The notes under the pieces: generated by a model | The model's input: only the letters and a program-made list of their open reading frames with translations | Told to the model about the DNA's origin: nothing | The model's database searches: none | Translations under genes and position numbers: made by a program | NCBI GenBank assembly: GCA_025058225.1 | Contig: JANXEE010000019.1 | Span: 1,938 to 65,937 of the forward strand | Length of the DNA stretch: 64,000 bases | From: Candidatus Calditenuaceae archaeon | GTDB lineage: Archaea > Thermoproteota > Nitrososphaeria_A > Caldarchaeales > Calditenuaceae | Reading direction: 5' to 3' | Shown: one piece after another, positions 20,516 to 29,156 of the stretch | Layout of the letters: each line of letters opens with the position of its first letter | Position numbering within the stretch: position 1 is the stretch's first letter

Positions 20516-22576
20516 TTAAGTCTTGAGATACTGCTTCAGTTCCTCATACGCGGTCTTGACCTCGTCAACCGTCGCCTCGTCCTCGAGGGTCGTCACGTCA
20601 CCGAGCGGTGCCCCCATCACAACCGCTCTCAGAAGCCGTCTCATGATCTTGCCGCTTCTCGTCTTGGGCAGTCCCCTGACGAAGAGAACGTCTTTCGGTG
20701 CAACGACCGGACCGAACCTCTCCCTGACCCAGTTCAGGAGCTGGTTCTTTACCTGCTCAGACGGCACATGCCCCACCTTCAGTGTGACGAATGCCAGAGG
20801 CACCTCTCCCTTGATGGGATCAGGCAGCCCTACGACCGCTGCCTCGGCGACCGCTGGGTTGGCAACCAGCGCCGACTCCAGCTCAAAGGTCCCTATCCTG
20901 TGCCCGGCGACCTTAAGCACCTCGTCAGCCCTCCCCGCCACCCAGATGTACCCGTCCTGATCCTTTATCGCGTAGTCACCCGTGTAATAGACGTCTGGGA
21001 ACCTACTCCAGTAAACTCTCCTGTAACCCTCCGGGTCACCCCACATCCCTGTTGGAGGACCGAGCATGCCCGGCCACGGCTTCTTCACCACAAGAAGGCC
21101 CTTCGCCCCTGGGGGAAGCGGGTTTCCGGTTTCGTCGACTACTTCCACTTCTATGCCCGGTAGTGGAGGACCGTTAGTTCCAGGCTTCAACGGTACCAGC
21201 ATCAACCCCGGAGCGTGGCTGATCAGTATGCCACCGGTCTCGGTCTGCCACCACGTGCTCCCGACTGGGCACCTCTTGTTGCCCACCACCTCGAACAGCC
21301 ACCTCCATGCCGAGGGGTTGATGGGTTCACCGACGCTGTGGATCAGTCTAAGGGAAGAGAGGTCGTGCTTCCTCACTGGCTCTTCTCCGAACCTCATCAA
21401 CATCCTCACGGCCGTCGGAGTCGTGTAAAGTATCGTGACGCCGTACCTCTCGACGATGCTCCACCACCTGTCGGGCCCTGGGAAGTCCGGTGCCCCCTCA
21501 TACATTACGATCGTCGCACCCTCCATCAAGGGCCCGAAGGCGACGTAACTGTGTCCGGTTACCCATCCTATGTCGGCTGTACAATAATAGACGTCCTCAT
21601 CCCTTAGGTCAAAGACCCATTTCATTGTAGCGTGAAGTATGACGGAATAGGCGTGATGATCGTGGATGATGCCCTTCGGTTTACCGGTTGTCCCGGAGGT
21701 GTAGAGCACGTACAGCGGTTCATCGATGGTCATCCTCTCCGGCTCGACGTATGCGTTTACCGGAACCTGTGAGATCAGTTCGTCTAGGAAGACGTCTCGT
21801 CCCTCTTTCATGGGGACCTCGTCCCTGAGTCGTCTATAGACAACGACCTTCTCAATGCCGTCGTACAGCTGACACGCCGAGTCAGCGACCTCCTTCAACC
21901 TCACCACCTTCCCTCTCCTGTAGAACCCATCGGCTGTCACGAGAAACCTGGCCCCGAGGTCTCTCATCCTCATCGCGAGGTTCTCGCTCGTGAACCCACT
22001 GAAAACGACCGTGAAAGTCGCGCCGAGTCTAGCGCAGGCGAACATCACAGCTGGCAGCTCTGGCACCATGGGCATGTATATCGCAACCCTCTCGCCCCTG
22101 CGAACCCCGATCCTGCTCAGGCCCTCTGCTATTCTGTTTGTAAGCCTCCACATATCATAGTATGTGAGCTTCCTGACCTCTTTCGGCACGCCCTGCTCGT
22201 CGAGGGGCTCCCCCTCCCAGATGATCGCGACCTTGTTCCTCCTCCACGTCCTCACGTGCCTGTCCAGACACAGGTGAGAGATGTTCTGTAGGGAGCCGGC
22301 GAACCACTTGTAGACATTGGGGTACGCGCCCGGGACTACCACGTGATCCCATCTCTTGAACCACTCGAGCTCGCTGGCGACAGCCTCCCAGAACCTCTCG
22401 TAGTCTTTAGTGGTCAGCTCATGGAACCTCTTGTAAGTCTCCTTCTCTACGGTCCTCTTCTCCCAACCCTTTACAACTATATTCTCGTCGAAGGGGAGTG
22501 GCTCGCTCTGAAAGGCCTCGTAGCTCATCAACTCTCCATCCCTTGAGCCAGTAATAAGCTTTAATACCCAATTCAT
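20516..22576 (-). CDS. acs: acetyl-CoA synthetase (AMP-forming)
   Basis: 686 aa. Motifs are YTSGTTGKPKG, WWQTETGG, YYTGDYA and PKTRSGKIMRR, with the N-terminal FWE...WF pattern typical of Acs. Confidence 0.95.
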   Translation of the reverse strand: MNWVLKLITGSRDGELMSYEAFQSEPLPFDENIVVKGWEKRTVEKETYKRFHELTTKDYERFWEAVASELEWFKRWDHVVVPGAYPNVYKWFAGSLQNISHLCLDRHVRTWRRNKVAIIWEGEPLDEQGVPKEVRKLTYYDMWRLTNRIAEGLSRIGVRRGERVAIYMPMVPELPAVMFACARLGATFTVVFSGFTSENLAMRMRDLGARFLVTADGFYRRGKVVRLKEVADSACQLYDGIEKVVVYRRLRDEVPMKEGRDVFLDELISQVPVNAYVEPERMTIDEPLYVLYTSGTTGKPKGIIHDHHAYSVILHATMKWVFDLRDEDVYYCTADIGWVTGHSYVAFGPLMEGATIVMYEGAPDFPGPDRWWSIVERYGVTILYTTPTAVRMLMRFGEEPVRKHDLSSLRLIHSVGEPINPSAWRWLFEVVGNKRCPVGSTWWQTETGGILISHAPGLMLVPLKPGTNGPPLPGIEVEVVDETGNPLPPGAKGLLVVKKPWPGMLGPPTGMWGDPEGYRRVYWSRFPDVYYTGDYAIKDQDGYIWVAGRADEVLKVAGHRIGTFELESALVANPAVAEAAVVGLPDPIKGEVPLAFVTLKVGHVPSEQVKNQLLNWVRERFGPVVAPKDVLFVRGLPKTRSGKIMRRLLRAVVMGAPLGDVTTLEDEATVDEVKTAYEELKQYLKT

Positions 22577-22650
22577 AGTATTAGATCTCCTTATTGAAGA
22601 AGGACTGATACCGTTAAAAGTTCATTACCGGCGAACGACGACAGGTAGCG

Positions 22651-22989
22651 TTGGCGGCCTCTCAGAACGCGAGGGAAGCTATGGAGTTCCTAGTGGGATA
22701 TTTCGAGCGAGTCTTCAAGACATCAGGTAGCTACAGGTGGCACGAGGATGAGATCGCATACTACCTCTTCGTCAAGTTGTCTGAGAGCATCTCCCTCCCT
22801 GAGCTCAAGTGTTTCGATGAGAGGAAGCTTATGTTCGGCAGGCGGAGGGTCTTCTGTTACGACGAGGAGAACACTAAGAGGATCTCCATTACCCTGGACT
22901 ACTCGAGGAAGACACTGAAGCTGGTGACGCTCGCCCTGTTCAAGCCCGGCGTCAGGCTGAAGTGGCCACCTAAAGCCTCTCCAACTTGA
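22651..22989 (+). CDS. hypothetical protein
   Basis: This is the only long ORF in the 394-nt gap between the exonuclease and acs. Codon third positions look coding-like. The start may be the ATG at 22681. The 3' end overlaps the exonuclease 3' end by 20 nt. Confidence 0.45.
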   Translation: MAASQNAREAMEFLVGYFERVFKTSGSYRWHEDEIAYYLFVKLSESISLPELKCFDERKLMFGRRRVFCYDEENTKRISITLDYSRKTLKLVTLALFKPGVRLKWPPKASPT

Positions 22990-23503
22990 AGCTCGTACCC
23001 ATGGACCGCAACTTGAGGTAGAGCAGCGCCGTATGGATGGCGTCCACCAGAGAGTCGTGGAAGACGAAGTCGCCCACGCATATGTTGAGCTTCCTGCAAA
23101 TATTGACGAGGTTTAGCCCCTCACGCATCAAGACGTATTCGACGTTATCCCTTCCAGCGACCCATTTGAGGTATCCGAAGGCTACATCCACGAAGTTGGC
23201 CTTCAACCTCTTACCGTATGTCCTCCTCAGGTAGTTGACGTCGAGCCTGCCGAAAACGATCAGCGTCTGACCGTTCACTTCTCGGTAAAGGAGATCCAGT
23301 GCCTCACGCTCACTTATGCCGTCCTTCCCCGTAATTCCGTGCACCTTTGCGCTCTCTCCGACATACGCCTGCGAGACGACGACGTGTTTCGACCTCGACA
23401 CCCTGATGACCTCCCCTTCTAATGGTACTATTGCGAACGCGACCATCTTCGCGTTCTTGGGGTTTGCGCTGGTGTACTCAGCGTCAAACGCCACTAGGCT
23501 CAC
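22970..23503 (-). CDS. DEDDh 3'-5' exonuclease (DnaQ/epsilon-like)
   Basis: Exo I is FDAEY, Exo II is GRLDVNY and Exo III is HDSLVDAIHTA. The GTG start overlaps the upstream stop (GTGA at 23500-23503). Confidence 0.8.
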   Translation of the reverse strand: MSLVAFDAEYTSANPKNAKMVAFAIVPLEGEVIRVSRSKHVVVSQAYVGESAKVHGITGKDGISEREALDLLYREVNGQTLIVFGRLDVNYLRRTYGKRLKANFVDVAFGYLKWVAGRDNVEYVLMREGLNLVNICRKLNICVGDFVFHDSLVDAIHTALLYLKLRSMGTSFKLERL

Positions 23504-25098
23504 ACCGGCTCCCTCTCGAGTTTGTCGTGGAGCAACTTCACCGCCCTCAGCGCGCTCTTCAGCTCGTCCCGGAGAGGAACGTCATCGACGTTCAGTTCTT
23601 GCTTATTTTGAGACTTGGCCCATATGCTTATCTTTAGCAGGACCTCATAGGCCTCCCTCAACTTCACCTCGAGCTCCCTGCTGATGACCCATCTGTCTGC
23701 GAGGGCTGCAATTCTCTCCGGGATGGTCTCGCTCGTGATTCCCAAAATCATCGAGAGGGCCCTTACCGGCATAGACAGAGGTGCAAGGGCCTCTTCCTTC
23801 GGTTTGAAAGTCCTGCGGATCCTGTCGAAGGTTGTGAGGGGCGGTTTGAAGCACAACGAATTGGATAGGACCCGAGCTCTGTTCTGAGATGCTATCTTAT
23901 GGACTACATCCTTCGCTTTGTCTAACAGTTCTCGGTGCCCGTATATCACCCGGCCATCGAATATCAGGTTCATGAGAATAACGTCCTTGTCACCGGAGCT
24001 CTCGATTATCTCATCAATTTTGTAAACAGGAAACTGTAAACTATCCATTGTGTTGCCGTCTTTACACGTTGGATATCCTAGGTCTAGCAGCTTTTTGATT
24101 ACATTACTTCCAAGATCTTTGTAGTATTTGTCTTCAAAGGCTGTTATTATGAAGTTATCCATATCCGTTACTACGAACTGTTCATACACACCTTGTGAGC
24201 CTGTGACCACAACACAAAAGGGATGAGGTGGGTGTCCCAACTCGTTCACTACTTCATCTATCACAATTCTCATAATTTCATCGTTTATGTAACTTATAGC
24301 TTTAGTTAGGTGGAGGGGATGCGGCGCCTCGGGGCTCATCAAAGCTTGTGACGCCCGCAACGCCCAATCGCTGACTTCCCTCAAGTGGCGCCTGAGCTCG
24401 TCAGCTGACTTGACCCTTCTGAGGTCGCGGATCGTGTGCAGCGGTATTGGTGCCATCCGGTAGGCTATGTCGCGCATTGTCACGACCCCCCTAAGCCTCC
24501 CTCGCCCGTCTACAACGATCAGGTGTTTGACGTTAGACATGGTCATCTTGATCAAAGCCTCGAGGCTGGATGTTGTCTCCTCCACCACAACAAGCTCCTT
24601 GCTCGAAACGAAGGAAACTAGTCTGTTGAGGTCCACGCCGCTCGCTACAGCCCTCCTCAGGTCCGTGTCCGTAAATATCGCAAGGGGATATCCGTCGTCG
24701 CTTACGATGACTACTGAGGAGACAGATCGCTCTGCCATAACCCTGGCCGCCTCTCTGATCGAAGTGTTCTCAGGAACGGTCACAGGCTCGCCCCTGATCA
24801 CCTCAACGATCGGGCTCTCCGTTCGGTAAGCTGGAGGGAGCACCGCGTCGCGTTCATCGACGAGCAGAATCGACTCTTCCTCCGAGACAACCCCGCCCTT
24901 CACCAGTAGGCTTTCCCCGCTCTCATAGAAGTCCTCGTTGTATTTGATAACCCCTTTATAAACATAAACCTTGCCGGAGAGCTTGATCTCGGTTTTTGGG
25001 GGTAAATAGATTATTGAGACCGAGTTTTTGAAGAGTTTCAAAAAATTATCGAACTGTCTAATGAACTCTCTAAGGTCGCTGCTCGATCTGCCGCTCAT
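23500..25098 (-). CDS. CBS-pair / DUF294-type nucleotidyltransferase signalling protein
   Basis: 532 aa. It has a degenerate cNMP-like N-terminus, then two CBS repeats (VSSVVIVSDDG..., VKHLIVVDGRGRLRGVVTMRDI). A pol-beta-fold core TGSQGVYEQFVVTDMDN (GS...DxD) and a helical C-terminal domain follow. Confidence 0.8.
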   Translation of the reverse strand: MSGRSSSDLREFIRQFDNFLKLFKNSVSIIYLPPKTEIKLSGKVYVYKGVIKYNEDFYESGESLLVKGGVVSEEESILLVDERDAVLPPAYRTESPIVEVIRGEPVTVPENTSIREAARVMAERSVSSVVIVSDDGYPLAIFTDTDLRRAVASGVDLNRLVSFVSSKELVVVEETTSSLEALIKMTMSNVKHLIVVDGRGRLRGVVTMRDIAYRMAPIPLHTIRDLRRVKSADELRRHLREVSDWALRASQALMSPEAPHPLHLTKAISYINDEIMRIVIDEVVNELGHPPHPFCVVVTGSQGVYEQFVVTDMDNFIITAFEDKYYKDLGSNVIKKLLDLGYPTCKDGNTMDSLQFPVYKIDEIIESSGDKDVILMNLIFDGRVIYGHRELLDKAKDVVHKIASQNRARVLSNSLCFKPPLTTFDRIRRTFKPKEEALAPLSMPVRALSMILGITSETIPERIAALADRWVISRELEVKLREAYEVLLKISIWAKSQNKQELNVDDVPLRDELKSALRAVKLLHDKLEREPV

Positions 25099-25102
25099 TT
25101 TG

Positions 25103-26872
25103 CTACCTTATCTCCGGCGTTCTGCACTTGTCCACGAACTTCATTACCTCTTCGCCCTCGCGTTTGGTTGCCAGAGACACTATGATGGCCGTTATCAAGT
25201 TGGCGAAGAAACCGATCACACCCCATGCGATGGTACCGATCTTCTGTCCCGCGATCTCGATCGGCGGGTAGTTGTAGACGCCGACCAGCAGAACGTACGG
25301 GAAGGCCGTCAGCATGCCGACGATCATACCAGCCACTATTCCGTACCTGTTGAGCCTCTTCCAGAATATCCCCAACATGATGATGGGAGTGAGCGAGGAT
25401 GCCGCGAACACGAAGGCCCACGCGACCAGAAGGGCGACGTAGATTGCGAACCTCGGGTCAGCGACCGCTTGGGAAGCTAGAATCGCAGCGATCACGCCGA
25501 TGATCCAGAGGATTATCCTCGCCAGCCAGACCTCGCTCTTCTCGGAGACCTGGGGGTTGATGAAACGCTTGTAGATGTCCCTTGTTACACCGGTAGACAT
25601 GGCTAGCAACAGACCGTCAGCGGTGCTGATCGCCGCAGCCAGACCACCCATGGCCACGAATGGTGATATAATCCAGATCATTCCGAACATGTCAGGCATC
25701 CCTACCACCACAATGTCGCCGTGGAAGGTCAACTCAGCTGGCTGCAGGATCCCGTCGTTGTTGGCGTCCCTGATCGTAATGAGCCCGGTTGGGAGCCACT
25801 TCTTCACCCACTCGACCTCCATCGCGTCACTGACCCGCATCCCCCAAAGCTGGGAGAACGAGTACCTCGCTATGGCGGCGTATATGGAGGCCGTGACGTA
25901 AAGCAGCCCGATGAAGACAAGGCTCCAGCCTACGCTGTACCTTGCCGCCCTCATGCTCGGCACCGTGTAATACCTGATCAGGATGTGCGGCAGACCCATC
26001 GTGCCCAGCATCAGGAGCACTGCAGACATGATCCAGTTCAGCTGTCCTGTCCCTGCGGCTAAGGGTCTCGCGAATGGCTCGGTCCATGCTCTCAACCCGT
26101 ATGCAAGCTCCCTTGACTCAAGCGACCCTACGATCTCACCGTACGTGAAGTGGGGCAGAGGTCGGAACAGTCCCAAGAAGTAGGACGCGATCAGCACGGG
26201 CGTCCAGTACATCGAGATCAGGAAGATGTACTGCAGGAACTGCACCCACGTTATGCTTCGCCATCCGCTGGTCCAGGAGTACAGGACTGTCCCCAGTACG
26301 CCCACGAAGACCCCGATTGTCGCAGGTATGCCTAGGAACCTCCCGAAGACCACGCCTACACCCAAAAGTTGCGCCGACAGATAGGTCAGGTTCATGATGA
26401 AGAGCATCACCACAGCGACCATCCTCGCAGGTCCCCAGTGCCCAGCCCTCGCCTCTATGAACTCCGGTACGGTGTAGGTGTCAGATCTCCGGATAAACGG
26501 TGCTACCGTGAAGGACATCAGCGTGTATCCCAGTGTCCAGCCGATGATGTACGGTAGAGCGTCGAAACCCAACAGCGCGATCGTCCCGGCCATAGAGAGG
26601 TAGGAGGCTGCTGACATCCAGTCTGCTGCGGTGGCCGCTCCGTTGATCACAGGAGGTATCCGCCTCTCCGCGACGTAGAAGGCCTCGACGGTCGCTCTCC
26701 TCAAACTCAGCGCCAGCACGAAGTACACGAACAGCGACCCCACCACGATGACCAGGGAGGCAATGTACGAGCCCAGCGCAACCGCAGAGCCAGCGATCGC
26801 GATAGCGTATACGATGAGAGCCGTCCCCGTCGCCCTCTTCGGATCAGACATGATGTTAGAAACTAGCCCCAT
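25103..26872 (-). CDS. sodium:solute symporter family permease (acetate/monocarboxylate ActP/Apl-like)
   Basis: 589 aa, about 13-14 TM segments, SSF-type sequence. It is paired with a DUF4212 small subunit and flanked by acs genes. Confidence 0.88.
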   Translation of the reverse strand: MGLVSNIMSDPKRATGTALIVYAIAIAGSAVALGSYIASLVIVVGSLFVYFVLALSLRRATVEAFYVAERRIPPVINGAATAADWMSAASYLSMAGTIALLGFDALPYIIGWTLGYTLMSFTVAPFIRRSDTYTVPEFIEARAGHWGPARMVAVVMLFIMNLTYLSAQLLGVGVVFGRFLGIPATIGVFVGVLGTVLYSWTSGWRSITWVQFLQYIFLISMYWTPVLIASYFLGLFRPLPHFTYGEIVGSLESRELAYGLRAWTEPFARPLAAGTGQLNWIMSAVLLMLGTMGLPHILIRYYTVPSMRAARYSVGWSLVFIGLLYVTASIYAAIARYSFSQLWGMRVSDAMEVEWVKKWLPTGLITIRDANNDGILQPAELTFHGDIVVVGMPDMFGMIWIISPFVAMGGLAAAISTADGLLLAMSTGVTRDIYKRFINPQVSEKSEVWLARIILWIIGVIAAILASQAVADPRFAIYVALLVAWAFVFAASSLTPIIMLGIFWKRLNRYGIVAGMIVGMLTAFPYVLLVGVYNYPPIEIAGQKIGTIAWGVIGFFANLITAIIVSLATKREGEEVMKFVDKCRTPEIR

Positions 26873-27148
26873 CTACACCTCACGCTCCTTCTGCATTTTG
26901 AGGAACTCTCGGTCGACCCGATCCATGTACGCGGCGTACGCGAATATCGCAATTATGCCCGCTACGATCACGATGAATGCCGGTACGTACCAGTGTAGCG
27001 GCGGCAGCGACCCTATCCTTATCCCCCTGAACCAGTATGGATTGGGAATTTCTATTATCACCGCTATAATCAACCAGATTATCAGCCACACCACAGTCAC
27101 CCGAGACAGCCGTTTCCAATACCATTGGTATGGGTCTTTTCCCGTCAC
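26873..27148 (-). CDS. DUF4212-type small membrane subunit of SSS permease
   Basis: 91 aa with two TM segments (YWKRLSRVTVVWLIIWLIIAV...). Its stop abuts the permease ATG. The start is GTG. Confidence 0.75.
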   Translation of the reverse strand: MTGKDPYQWYWKRLSRVTVVWLIIWLIIAVIIEIPNPYWFRGIRIGSLPPLHWYVPAFIVIVAGIIAIFAYAAYMDRVDREFLKMQKEREV

Positions 27149-27169
27149 GTGCCGGAACTTGATGCACCG

Positions 27170-27180
27170 TTATAAAAAAA
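27170..27180 (-). promoter_or_regulatory. TATA-like box for the DUF4212-SSS-NTase-exonuclease operon
   Basis: Minus strand reads TTTTTTTATAA, 22-32 nt upstream of the GTG start at 27148. The spacing fits a short-leader or leaderless archaeal promoter. Confidence 0.45.
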
Positions 27181-27707
27181 TTTTGATGAGCCATTAAATC
27201 GTGAATTAACATTTCGACTTCGCGTTCCGGTTCAATTTTTATTAGGTGAGGGGAAGGAATTAGACCATTGCTTAACGAGGGGACAAGCCGATCTGCCGGC
27301 AGGGACGACATTCATCCCATTCTCCACATAATGTGTCGAATTATGATCGGATTATTACGATTAGAGTAAACGTATTTGATGGGGGTGTGCTGAAAGCGTA
27401 CCTATCCTGGACGTTTGTGCTGAGTCCTTGGGCCGTATGCGCAGGAGGGCGATGAGGCGCCCTCGACCCAAATTTCCGACCCCTCGGCACGTCCTCGGTC
27501 GGCGTTCCGCTTTCGGACGAAAAAGGCTGGCTTATTTCGTCGTGACACAAAAATATATACTGCATCATACAGTAAAATACTCGCTATGGTTGTTAATACG
27601 TCAGACCCGAGTAACGGACGACGGTCGTCATCGAACGGGGCCGCTGAACTCGGTGACCGGTTGCAGGTCAGAAGACTTATCGGTCGCTCAGGGGGCGTGG
27701 CTGAGGT

Positions 27708-29105
27708 TTGAGGAGCATCGGTCATGAAGGGCTAAAGGGGATCGTCTACCCCCTCATTCCGCTTGTAGCGGGGATCATGACGCTGGCCGCGGGACTCGGC
27801 ACGGCCCAGGCGATCGCGATGGCCGTCTTCACGGGCATCATCGGGGGGACGTTGCTCTTCTGGAGGTTCAGGCTGGCGTTCGCCATGGTCGGAATATTCG
27901 TCCTGATGGGGGCTGGTCTGATGGACGTGGTCACCTTCATCGAGTTCGCGAGGATCGATGTCATCGCGTTCCTCCTCTGCATGATGACGGTCATCGGGTT
28001 CCTAGAGGAGAGAAGGTTCTTCGAGGTCGTCGTGGACAGGGTGTTAACGCTTGGTGGGGGAAGCGCTCCTAAGCTGGTCCTCATATTGATGCTCATGTCG
28101 GCCCTCTCCGCTGCTCTAGTCGACGAGGTCACTTCGATACTGTTCATGATGACCTCGGTGATAACGCTGGCTGGAAGGTTCCAGGTCCCTCTCATACCGC
28201 TGATGCTGATCACCGTGTTCGCAACGAACATCGGGAGCAGCGCTACGGTGGTAGGGAACCCAATAGGTGTAATGATCGCTCTGAGTTCAGGTTATGGGTT
28301 CTTGGACTTCTTGAGGTGGGCGACCCCGCCGGCGATCATCGCCACCCTAGTCACATACGCAGCGTGCACGCTCTACTACAAGAAGTTCCTCAACGAGCTG
28401 GACCTGAAGCTGAAGGCAGCGAAGGAGGAACAGGTTCAGTTCGCGAAGGCCAACAACCCGAGGATGAACAACAGACTCGACATGACCGCCCTGATGGTCT
28501 TCCTGGGCGTGATAGGAGGGCTCGTGCTCCACACACCGATCGAGCAGTTATTCGGCCTGAAGAAGAACACGATGCTGATAGGGGTCGCGATGGCAGGAGC
28601 AGGTACAGTCCTTCTCCTCGAGCGGGAGAAGGCAAGGGACTTGGTCGAGAAAAGGGTCGACTGGTGGACGCTGACGTTCTTCATGCTCTTCTTCGCATCG
28701 GTGGGCACGCTGAGATACACTGGTGTGACCGGTTTCATATCGGGGGCCCTGACCTCGGCGTTCGGGAGAATGGGCGAGTTCGCAGTGATCTCCGTCCTCT
28801 ACTCGATAGTGGGGTTCATGACGGCCTTCATGGACAACGTGCTCGCTGTGGCGTTCTGGATTCCCGTGGTGCAAGAGATGATTGGTTCTGGGGCTATCTC
28901 CGACAAGGTCTGGTGGGCCATGCTCTTCGCTGGCACCTACGTCGGTAACCTCACCATGATCGGGAGCACCGCTAACATCGTGGCGATCGGGATGATAGAG
29001 AGGCAGAAATTGGGCCACGTGACGTTCCTGCGTTGGTTGAAGCCGGGGCTCGTGGGAGCACTGATGCCGACAGCCGTCGCTATCCTTTGGCTGCTCCTCG
29101 TTTGA
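27708..29105 (+). CDS. ArsB/NhaD-superfamily (CitMHS-like) ion transporter
   Basis: 465 aa polytopic protein with repeated hairpin motifs FATNIGSSATVVGNPIG and GNLTMIGSTANIV. The start is uncertain (TTG 27708 or a downstream Met). Confidence 0.8.
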   Translation: MRSIGHEGLKGIVYPLIPLVAGIMTLAAGLGTAQAIAMAVFTGIIGGTLLFWRFRLAFAMVGIFVLMGAGLMDVVTFIEFARIDVIAFLLCMMTVIGFLEERRFFEVVVDRVLTLGGGSAPKLVLILMLMSALSAALVDEVTSILFMMTSVITLAGRFQVPLIPLMLITVFATNIGSSATVVGNPIGVMIALSSGYGFLDFLRWATPPAIIATLVTYAACTLYYKKFLNELDLKLKAAKEEQVQFAKANNPRMNNRLDMTALMVFLGVIGGLVLHTPIEQLFGLKKNTMLIGVAMAGAGTVLLLEREKARDLVEKRVDWWTLTFFMLFFASVGTLRYTGVTGFISGALTSAFGRMGEFAVISVLYSIVGFMTAFMDNVLAVAFWIPVVQEMIGSGAISDKVWWAMLFAGTYVGNLTMIGSTANIVAIGMIERQKLGHVTFLRWLKPGLVGALMPTAVAILWLLLV

Positions 29106-29156
29106 TAGGCCAGATCGTACGTAAAACTGATAGGAGCGGTGTTCAGGGTTTGACTC

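Noticed and set aside
27184-27260. Possible C/D box sRNA starting at TGATGA (27184-27189). A second TGATGA lies at 39184-39189.
   Set aside because: No CTGA D box or C'/D' pair occurs at the required spacing (about 12-nt guides, 50-60 nt total) downstream of either site.
27361-27707. Possible SRP RNA, RNase P RNA or 5S rRNA in the long GC-rich non-coding blocks. I also considered 53651-53852 upstream of tRNA-Ile.
   Set aside because: I could not find the universal signatures by eye on either strand. These are SRP helix-8 GGAA/AGCA-type motifs, RNase P GGAAAGUCC (CR-I) and the 5S GAACCCGGAAGUUAAG-like loop. An Infernal scan would be needed to exclude other RNAs.
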